Positions 27,871 through 35,137 of a stretch of DNA of 64,000 bases are shown here, one piece after another. The stretch is taken from positions 70,155 to 134,154 of the IMG/VR virus record IMGVR_UViG_3300037487_001316, one strand, 5' to 3'. Within the stretch, counting starts at the first letter, position 1. Every line of letters starts with the position of its first letter. Under the pieces are notes generated by a model. The model worked only from the letters and a program-made list of their open reading frames with translations. It had not been told where the DNA came from and made no database searches. Both the position numbers and the translations under genes were made by a program. The DNA comes from a virus.

Positions 27871-29265
27871 ATGACTTTTGCACTATTAACTCTCTTATCA
27901 GCCTTATCTTTGGCTGCTGTAGCTGATTGGTTCTCTATAATCGGTTTTATGGCAATTTACGCCGCTTCTCCACTACATGCCCTTATTATGGGCATAGTAT
28001 TGGCATTAGCAAAATTAGTTACTACCAGTTGGCTTTACAGAAATTGGAAATTCATTAATTGGCGGCTTAAATTTCCACTAATAGGATTTATATTAGCTCT
28101 TATGATTGCCACTAGTATAGGTACTTTCGGCTTTTTGAGCAAAGCCCATCTAGAGCAAACTGGTGGTACAATAGATAATGGTGCTAAAGTAGAGAGATTA
28201 GAGCAACAAATAGCAAGAGAAAAATCAGTAATTGCAGATGATGAAAAAGTTATCACACAATTGGATGCAACAATTAATTCTTATATTGGAAAAGATAGAA
28301 CAGATAAATCTTTGGCAGTTAGAAAAAGTCAGGCACCGCAGCGTAAACAATTAAGAGATGATATTGATGCCTCACAGAAGCGTATTGATACATTCAGTGA
28401 TGAAAAATTGAAATTACAATCAGAAGTTAGAAAGCAACAGTTGGATGTAGGTCCTATTAGGTATATTGCGGAATTATTTTACGGTGTGGCAGCTGATGCC
28501 GGAAAGAATATAGAAGCAGCGGTGCGGATATTCACTCTTCTTATTGTATCGACACTTGATCCACTTGCTGTTATACTATTAGTAGCTGCAAACCATACAT
28601 TGTTAAGATTACGAGATGAGAAAAAGAAGTACGATTCGGAAGAGATTGACGGGGTACCTAAGTCAGGGAGTATTGTGGCCGATGTCCCGATCAAAGTGGT
28701 TAAGGAAGCTGCACAAGATATCAAATCTCCCGCCAAAACCTCTACGAATACCGAGATACGAAAGGTGATCAATGAGGAAGAAGATACAGTATTGGAGAAC
28801 ATCCAACTCAACAGATCCGTTGATGCGCCTTTACCCGTCATACGTCAACCTAGTTATTCGAGAGTTAGCAGCGGGGAGGACACTAATCGTATTCCCACAT
28901 CAATCGCCACCGAGATATTGGATGAGATACAGGAAGAACCTGTAAATACAACTATACAAGAATCGGCACCTCATTTTATCCCACAAAAACTTAATGAAGA
29001 AGAGAAAAATATACAGGCAACGGATGAAAGTGAGTATATCAGGGAAGACATCCTGGCCGTTCATACCGATACCCAGACCGATGTCACCCCACATACAGAG
29101 GCCGAGAAAACTGAAGAAATATTCGAAGCACGACCGGGTATTATTAAAGAACTGGCGCAAAATGATACCACATCGGTGGCCGAGCCTGTCGCGCCCGGTA
29201 CCAAGAATAGGTATCCGACAGCCTTAAGTTGGTTAGCAGAATTTAAAAGGACACAAAATGGATAA
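27871..29265 (+). CDS. Multi-pass membrane protein with coiled coil and acidic disordered tail
   Basis: Three N-terminal TM segments, TSIGTFGFLS, coiled coil, DPLAV TM. Confidence 0.7.
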   Translation: MTFALLTLLSALSLAAVADWFSIIGFMAIYAASPLHALIMGIVLALAKLVTTSWLYRNWKFINWRLKFPLIGFILALMIATSIGTFGFLSKAHLEQTGGTIDNGAKVERLEQQIAREKSVIADDEKVITQLDATINSYIGKDRTDKSLAVRKSQAPQRKQLRDDIDASQKRIDTFSDEKLKLQSEVRKQQLDVGPIRYIAELFYGVAADAGKNIEAAVRIFTLLIVSTLDPLAVILLVAANHTLLRLRDEKKKYDSEEIDGVPKSGSIVADVPIKVVKEAAQDIKSPAKTSTNTEIRKVINEEEDTVLENIQLNRSVDAPLPVIRQPSYSRVSSGEDTNRIPTSIATEILDEIQEEPVNTTIQESAPHFIPQKLNEEEKNIQATDESEYIREDILAVHTDTQTDVTPHTEAEKTEEIFEARPGIIKELAQNDTTSVAEPVAPGTKNRYPTALSWLAEFKRTQNG

Positions 29266-30493
29266 AACTGAAGAAACTAATGTTAAGAAGCTTATTAATT
29301 GTTCCTATTGTGGGAAAAGTAGACATCAAGTAGAACAAATGGTTGAAGGTCCGGAATTTGGTGGCAAAAATATTTATATATGTAATGAATGTGTAGATGT
29401 TACATATAATATTCTACATACTGAAGAAGTAGATGTTAGCATAAAGAAAAAGAAAGAAAAAATTCCAACTCCTGAACAAATTAAGGAGTTTTTAGATACA
29501 TATGTCATTGGACAAGATGGTGCTAAGGTAGCAATTTCTGTTGCGGTCTATAATCACTATAAACGAATCAATAATAAGACTAAAACCGAAATTGAAAAAT
29601 CTAATCTATTAATGATAGGTGAAAGTGGCTGTGGTAAGACACTTACAGTAAAGACCATTGCGAAACTGTTTGACATACCTTATGTAATTGCTGATGCTAC
29701 AACACTAACCGAAGCTGGATATGTTGGTGAAGATGTAGAAAATTTAATTAGACGGTTGGTACAAAATGCTGATGACGATCTAGAGAAAGCCCGCCTCGGT
29801 ATTATTTTTATTGATGAAATTGATAAGAAGAGTCGTAGAAGTGAGTCTGCTTCTGTTAGTAGAGATGTTTCAGGCGAAGGTGTACAACAAGCATTATTGA
29901 AACTTATTGAAGGCACTATTGTAAAGATAGACGATGGGTATGATGATCCTGTTGATTTTGATACAAAGGATATTCTATTTGTTTGCAGCGGCGCATTTGT
30001 GGGATTAGATGAAGTTATCAGAAAAAATCGGTCAAAGACAAGCATCGGTATAGGTGCAAACCTAAACATGAAGTCTTCTTTCTCAAATGTAGTGAAAGAT
30101 ATACAACCAGACGATCTTATTAAATACGGTCTTATTCCAGAGTTCGTTGGCCGTTGCCCTGTCACAGTTGTATTTGATGATCTTACTGCGGATATGATGA
30201 TTAGAATATTAAAAGAACCGAAAAATAGTATTGTAGAACAATTTAAGGCATTATTTAAGTATGAAGGCGTCACTTTAGACTTCGATGATAAATACCTACA
30301 TAACGTTGCAGAAAGTTGTTTAAAACAGAAAATTGGAGCAAGAGGTTTGCGTTCAATTATGGAGAAAGATCTCCAGGCTACTCAATTTATTCTGCCCAGA
30401 TTAGCAAAGGATGGTGTTAACAAGATTTTTGTTGATGCTAGTGGAACAATTAAACATGTATACAAGGCAAAGAAACGAGCAAACAATGAGTAA
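29258..30493 (+). CDS. clpX: ClpX AAA+ unfoldase
   Basis: CSYC/ICNEC zinc domain, GESGCGKT, TEAGYVGED, DEIDK, RDVSGEGVQQ and GARGLR motifs. Confidence 0.95.
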   Translation: MDKTEETNVKKLINCSYCGKSRHQVEQMVEGPEFGGKNIYICNECVDVTYNILHTEEVDVSIKKKKEKIPTPEQIKEFLDTYVIGQDGAKVAISVAVYNHYKRINNKTKTEIEKSNLLMIGESGCGKTLTVKTIAKLFDIPYVIADATTLTEAGYVGEDVENLIRRLVQNADDDLEKARLGIIFIDEIDKKSRRSESASVSRDVSGEGVQQALLKLIEGTIVKIDDGYDDPVDFDTKDILFVCSGAFVGLDEVIRKNRSKTSIGIGANLNMKSSFSNVVKDIQPDDLIKYGLIPEFVGRCPVTVVFDDLTADMMIRILKEPKNSIVEQFKALFKYEGVTLDFDDKYLHNVAESCLKQKIGARGLRSIMEKDLQATQFILPRLAKDGVNKIFVDASGTIKHVYKAKKRANNE

Positions 30494-30746
30494 ACAATAC
30501 AGAGATAGTAGAAAACATAGGGGTATGACAGTGGAAGTACGCAATGATGACTTCGGTCGGGCATTACGCACATTTAGCAAGAAGATCCAAGACTCTGGAT
30601 TACTTCAAATTGTTAAAGAAAAAATGGCCTATGAGAAACCGGCTGTATTAAGACAACGTCTGAAAAAACAAGCTCGTAAACGCTGGGAAAGAACTGTTGA
30701 GGAAATGATCACTAATGGTCATTGGCATAAAGATAAAAAGTACTAA
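30486..30746 (+). CDS. rpsU: Ribosomal protein bS21
   Basis: V.VRN....ALR.F.KK...G........YEKP...R..K..AR pattern. Confidence 0.85.
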   Translation: MSKQYRDSRKHRGMTVEVRNDDFGRALRTFSKKIQDSGLLQIVKEKMAYEKPAVLRQRLKKQARKRWERTVEEMITNGHWHKDKKY

Positions 30747-30762
30747 TCTAAACTAAAGTTTC

Positions 30763-30792
30763 AAGTAAAGGCCTTTAAAGGCCTTTACTTTT
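30763..30792 (+). terminator. Terminator formed by a perfect 28-bp palindrome
   Basis: AAGTAAAGGCCTTTAAAGGCCTTTACTT. Confidence 0.7.
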
Positions 30793-30825
30793 GGAGATAA
30801 ATATGTGATATTGGAGATATTACAT

Positions 30826-31764
30826 ATGAAAAAACGTGCCTTACTTGTCGGAATTAACTATGTTGGAACAGACCACGAATTACATGGTTGCATAAATGAT
30901 TCTAATAACATAAAAACATTCCTTTCAACTCGCGGTTTTACTGAAGTTAAGCAAATACTAGAAGAAAATGCAACAACTGACCGCATAAAGGCAGGACTCA
31001 GCTGGCTAGTTGCCGATACACAACCCGGTGACGTCATTGTTTTCCATTATAGCGGTCATGGTTCTCAGTTACCTAGTGCAGATGAAGCAGATGGCTTTGA
31101 AGAAATTATATGTCCCGTGGATTTAGATTGGGCAACAAAGATTATAACAGATAAAGATTTACGAAATATATTCAATACAGTTCCAAATGGTGTTAATACA
31201 ACTGTAATACTCGATTGTTGCCATTCGGGTACAATGTTAAATCAAACCGAAAGTTTAAATGGTACAAAAGCTATACCTAAAGCACCTAGAAAGGTTAAAG
31301 GAGCACGTTATTTAAAGCCGCCAACTAAGATTAAGGCAAAACTTAAAGATCGTTCATTGGTAAATTGGAGTACATCAAAAGATGTTAATGCAACTGCACT
31401 ACTTATAGCAGGTTGTCACGCAAATCAGACTTCAGCTGATGCTAATATTGGTGGTATTGCTCAAGGTGCTGCCACTGCTGCTTTATTACAAGCAGTAAGT
31501 AAACATCCTGCAATCACTTATAGAGAATTAGTAACAATTATGATAGGTTTTATGGTATCTAACAAGTTTACACAGGTACCTGAACTAGATGGTTCGGCTG
31601 CATTATATGATAAGGTTTTTATCGAACCGTTTACTTTTAATAAACCTCTTACACCACCAGATAGCACACAAGTTAAGAAATCGAATATTTTACTTATTAT
31701 TAGTTCTATAGTAACATATATTACATCATTATTGTCGGGTAGTAGAACCAACAAAGATAAATAA
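30826..31764 (+). CDS. Metacaspase (peptidase C14) with C-terminal hydrophobic segment
   Basis: ALLVGINY, LHGCIND, YSGHG (His) and DCCHSG (Cys) motifs. Confidence 0.9.
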   Translation: MKKRALLVGINYVGTDHELHGCINDSNNIKTFLSTRGFTEVKQILEENATTDRIKAGLSWLVADTQPGDVIVFHYSGHGSQLPSADEADGFEEIICPVDLDWATKIITDKDLRNIFNTVPNGVNTTVILDCCHSGTMLNQTESLNGTKAIPKAPRKVKGARYLKPPTKIKAKLKDRSLVNWSTSKDVNATALLIAGCHANQTSADANIGGIAQGAATAALLQAVSKHPAITYRELVTIMIGFMVSNKFTQVPELDGSAALYDKVFIEPFTFNKPLTPPDSTQVKKSNILLIISSIVTYITSLLSGSRTNKDK

Positions 31765-31767
31765 TTA

Positions 31768-31862
31768 TGTAAAGTGCCCATGGTGGGGCTTTACAAATTA
31801 GCGGTATGATACCGCAACGTGTTTTGATATAGCACGATAAACTTGCTTAAGGAGTAATTATG
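31768..31862 (+). promoter_or_regulatory. ROSE-like RNA thermometer in the sHSP 5' UTR
   Basis: Three hairpins followed by CTTGCT-TA-AGGAG pairing with the SD. Confidence 0.6.
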
Positions 31863-32270
31863 TCACACAACGATTTCACACGATTATTTAATCAACTCGA
31901 AGCTATGAGTATTGGTTTCGCACCAGTATTCAGGGATTTCCAAGTACAAACAAACAACTATCCACCACATAATATTGTCAGTGTCACCGATAATGAATTC
32001 TATCTCGAACTTGCGGTAGCCGGTTTTAAGAAGGATGAAGTTAAGATGGAAGAGCATCAGGGTTTGTTGACTATTACTGGTGATAAGGCTGCTGGCCCAG
32101 ATTCAACCTACCAATATCGCGGTATTGCTGGTCGTTCATTCTCAAAGAGCTTCCGTATTGCCGAATATTTTGAAGTAAGCAATGCAGCTTTAGAGGATGG
32201 TATTCTAACAGTACATTTTACAAAGAATGTGCCGGATGAAGCGAAGCCTAAATTGATAATGATAAAATAA
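31860..32270 (+). CDS. ibpA: Small heat shock protein (IbpA/Hsp20)
   Basis: NYPPHNI, LAVAGF, YRGIAGRSF and LEDGIL motifs. Confidence 0.92.
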   Translation: MSHNDFTRLFNQLEAMSIGFAPVFRDFQVQTNNYPPHNIVSVTDNEFYLELAVAGFKKDEVKMEEHQGLLTITGDKAAGPDSTYQYRGIAGRSFSKSFRIAEYFEVSNAALEDGILTVHFTKNVPDEAKPKLIMIK

Positions 32271-32300
32271 TAAATTAACGGGGCTTGCCCCGTTAATTTA
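32271..32300. terminator. Bidirectional terminator between convergent genes
   Basis: TAAATTAACGGGGC-TT-GCCCCGTTAATTTA. Confidence 0.8.
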
Positions 32301-32302
32301 TA

Positions 32303-32941
32303 CTACTGTTTTTCTTTAGGATAATGTTTACCTGTTCGAGATGCACTTATCTTTGCTTTGGTTTCCTCAGACATACGCTTACCTGTGTGCGTCATTCTCA
32401 TCTTTTCTTTAGTAGCATCCGAAGCCTGTTTACCAGTATGGACAATCTTCATTCTTTCTAATGTTATATCTGATACAGTAGTTCCTTTTCTAGCAGATGA
32501 TCTTCCTGTTTGAGCCTTACTTAATTTTGCTTTAGTGATACCCGAATGATGTTTTCCTGCCATAGTAGCAGGCTGTGCAGCCCGTGCAATTCGTATTTTC
32601 TCTTTCGTTTCTTCCGAATGAATTGTACCTGCCCTAGACCATATTCCGTTTAGATTGCAATATTGGTTAAGACACTTTTCATCGTTTATATTTTTAGAAA
32701 TTAGTTCTTGTTCGTAAATATAGCAGTTTTCCTTATTAGAATCTTTCAATAGTATATTACAATCAAACGAATCTGCACCGTATTGTTTTATGAGTGATTT
32801 AATTTTCTTAGATGAAGTGAAATATTTAATCCAGAGATCCTCTTCGGGGGTTCTTCTGTGGGTAATATTCCCACATCTGAATCCATAATAGTATTCGCCT
32901 GTAATTTTATGTGTAATTAAATAAGTGTATGCTAAATACAT
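32303..32941 (-). CDS. Free-standing GIY-YIG-like (Seg-like) homing endonuclease with NUMOD3 repeats
   Basis: YTYLI...YYYGFR, YFTSS and LN motifs; repeated HSEETKEKI-type motifs; late promoter at 33002-33009 (-). Confidence 0.8.
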   Translation of the reverse strand: MYLAYTYLITHKITGEYYYGFRCGNITHRRTPEEDLWIKYFTSSKKIKSLIKQYGADSFDCNILLKDSNKENCYIYEQELISKNINDEKCLNQYCNLNGIWSRAGTIHSEETKEKIRIARAAQPATMAGKHHSGITKAKLSKAQTGRSSARKGTTVSDITLERMKIVHTGKQASDATKEKMRMTHTGKRMSEETKAKISASRTGKHYPKEKQ

Positions 32942-33091
32942 CGCTGATGCTCCTTAAAAGCGTTAGAGTAGTTGGATGACGTCAACATCGCGAACTACAC
33001 TTATTTATCATTTTTCACGCCATCAAGTAAACAATTGACTTAGGGCCTTAGGTGTGTAATAATACATATTACATATCCAGGGATTTAGATT

Positions 33092-33397
33092 ATGCCAGAA
33101 ATTGAAGTCATTGAGAAGATAGATGAAACCATCAAAGTACAAATTCCAAAGATGTACAAGGTGTTGCTTCATAACGACGACAAAACCACATTTGATTTTG
33201 TAATTGCTGTATTAATGCGTATTTTTCATAAGACTGCTGAAGATGCTATTATTATAACAAAGGCAATTCACGAAACCGGCCAAGGTATCGCGGGTGCTCC
33301 TTATACACGAGAGGTGGCAGAAGAAAAAACACTCGAGACGGTAAGTTTCGCCAGAGCAAATAATTTTCCGTTAACTCCTACCTTTGAAGAATTATAA
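33092..33397 (+). CDS. clpS: N-end rule adaptor ClpS
   Basis: PKMYKVLLHNDDKTT, IHETG, EVAEEK and FPL motifs. Confidence 0.92.
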   Translation: MPEIEVIEKIDETIKVQIPKMYKVLLHNDDKTTFDFVIAVLMRIFHKTAEDAIIITKAIHETGQGIAGAPYTREVAEEKTLETVSFARANNFPLTPTFEEL

Positions 33398-33427
33398 CCA
33401 TAAATATCTCGTAAGTGCGAGAAATAA

Positions 33428-34465
33428 ATGTCAGAAAATCTAATACCAGTTAAAGCCTTTTTAGGGAAATATTATTCGGAACTATTATATTCGGCCGCAC
33501 AGGACAAATATAAAGAAACAGGTCTGGATTCATTTTTTGAACAAAGATTTTATATCCAAAATAACAAAGTACAGATGATAGTTGATCCTGCTGTTAGCGG
33601 GTTGAATATTCTAGTATTTGGTAATGAAATTCACATTAGCAAAGAGCTATTTGATCATCCTAATGTTGTTGTTAGCAATTCTCTCGAGAATAACCAGATT
33701 ACTAATCCGAGGAGTCTCTATAATCCCGAGACTTTTTCAACTATGGCATACTTAGTATGCCAAAATCATACCACATTACAGATAGTGGGTGAGATAGACG
33801 AACCTATCTATGTGAAATACAAATCCGATTATGAAACTTTCTATAGTTCAGTGCTTGTTTTTAATATTTCTAATGAAGTAGAAGTAGAAATAGTTGAAGA
33901 AATCGAAAGTCTTAGTGCGTTAAATGTTGTTACCAACTATGTATTGAGCCCGGATGCTAAACTCAACCTGACTACTTTTTACCAAAATCATATATCGGCG
34001 TTATCATTCTGCTATAGGAATGTCATTACACAAGATAATTCATCCTTTAATCATGTCTTATTTGGTAAAGGGTCATCCAATGTCATTGATGAAAATAAAA
34101 TACATGCTTCGAGCAAATCAAAGACAGAGTTGCTCGGTATTGTAAATTCGGATGGTAAAGATTTTCATTCTATCTTATATGTAGAACCAGCCGCACAAGA
34201 TTATAATATTGCTGTAAATTATAGGGATATTATATATGGTAAAGCAAAGGTAACTTACCTTCCTGTTATAATGGGTCAAGTTCCTGAGGGTGATACAGCA
34301 ACTATTGAAGTTTCAAATATCACGCTCGAAGAGATTCCAAATGATAGGGTAGAAGAAGAAGTAAAGCAATTTGTGGCTGATATAGTTGGCCGCGCTACAC
34401 TAGGAAGAATGATCGGGGTAAAGAGATTTTATGACAATAAGACTAAGTTTCTTAACTTTCAATAA
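33428..34465 (+). CDS. Divergent SufD/SufB-like beta-helix protein
   Basis: EKYKET-like start and IDEPIYV...VEIVEE...VTNYVL...LNL beta-strand periodicity resembling SufD. Confidence 0.5.
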   Translation: MSENLIPVKAFLGKYYSELLYSAAQDKYKETGLDSFFEQRFYIQNNKVQMIVDPAVSGLNILVFGNEIHISKELFDHPNVVVSNSLENNQITNPRSLYNPETFSTMAYLVCQNHTTLQIVGEIDEPIYVKYKSDYETFYSSVLVFNISNEVEVEIVEEIESLSALNVVTNYVLSPDAKLNLTTFYQNHISALSFCYRNVITQDNSSFNHVLFGKGSSNVIDENKIHASSKSKTELLGIVNSDGKDFHSILYVEPAAQDYNIAVNYRDIIYGKAKVTYLPVIMGQVPEGDTATIEVSNITLEEIPNDRVEEEVKQFVADIVGRATLGRMIGVKRFYDNKTKFLNFQ

Positions 34466-34504
34466 ATATACTAGTGCCTTTAAATAATTACATTGGAGAA
34501 TAAT

Positions 34505-34831
34505 ATGTACAAAATAACAGATATACAAACATTAGGTACAGAATATACCGTTGCAGACCCTGCAGGTAATATTATTACAACCATACAGATAATACCTTTT
34601 ACTGATTTATTATCAGCTACTATGGGTCCTTATACAGAGGAAATGGGGGATTATACGGCATATTTAGAAAAATGTGTTGCTGTATTATCGGGTTTTGAAG
34701 AAATTGACCCATATAAGGTTCTTTGGTATGCCACATCCGAGGATGAAGTAGTATTATCTGAAGTTATAGAATACGCAATCAAGAATGACTATGATAAGAT
34801 TATTCTAGAACACCTAGAAGAATTAGAATAA
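34505..34831 (+). CDS. Hypothetical acidic protein
   Basis: GGAG RBS before ATG 34505. Confidence 0.65.
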   Translation: MYKITDIQTLGTEYTVADPAGNIITTIQIIPFTDLLSATMGPYTEEMGDYTAYLEKCVAVLSGFEEIDPYKVLWYATSEDEVVLSEVIEYAIKNDYDKIILEHLEELE

Positions 34832-34834
34832 TAC

Positions 34835-35020
34835 ATGGAAGAAAAATATCAACAGATATGTACATGGGTAGGTGAGGGAGAAGGTTGCCGACATCCTACA
34901 ATTTATGGAAAATCATATTGCGAGAAGCATCAAGATAGAATGTACCTCACATTATTACCGGAAATGGCGACATATATAATAGAAAAAGAGCTAGAATCTA
35001 GTAAGCAAGATACTAATTAA
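34835..35020 (+). CDS. Small protein with C..C..C..H possible zinc site
   Basis: CTW...CRHP...SYCEKH. Confidence 0.6.
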   Translation: MEEKYQQICTWVGEGEGCRHPTIYGKSYCEKHQDRMYLTLLPEMATYIIEKELESSKQDTN

Positions 35021-35056
35021 CAATAAAAATAATACAGATGCTTTAAAAAGCTCCTT

Positions 35057-35077
35057 AGGCACCCCGGTGCCTTTTTT
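35057..35077 (+). terminator. Rho-independent terminator
   Basis: AGGCAC-CCCG-GTGCCT followed by a T-run. Confidence 0.75.
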
Positions 35078-35137
35078 AATGGCCTCAAACCCTGACATCC
35101 ATGATAAATAAGTACATTGAGTATAAAGGAGCCAGCA

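Noticed and set aside
30763-30790. Perfect 28-bp palindrome as a recombination or operator site
   Set aside because: Its position right after rpsU with trailing Ts is adequately explained as a terminator.
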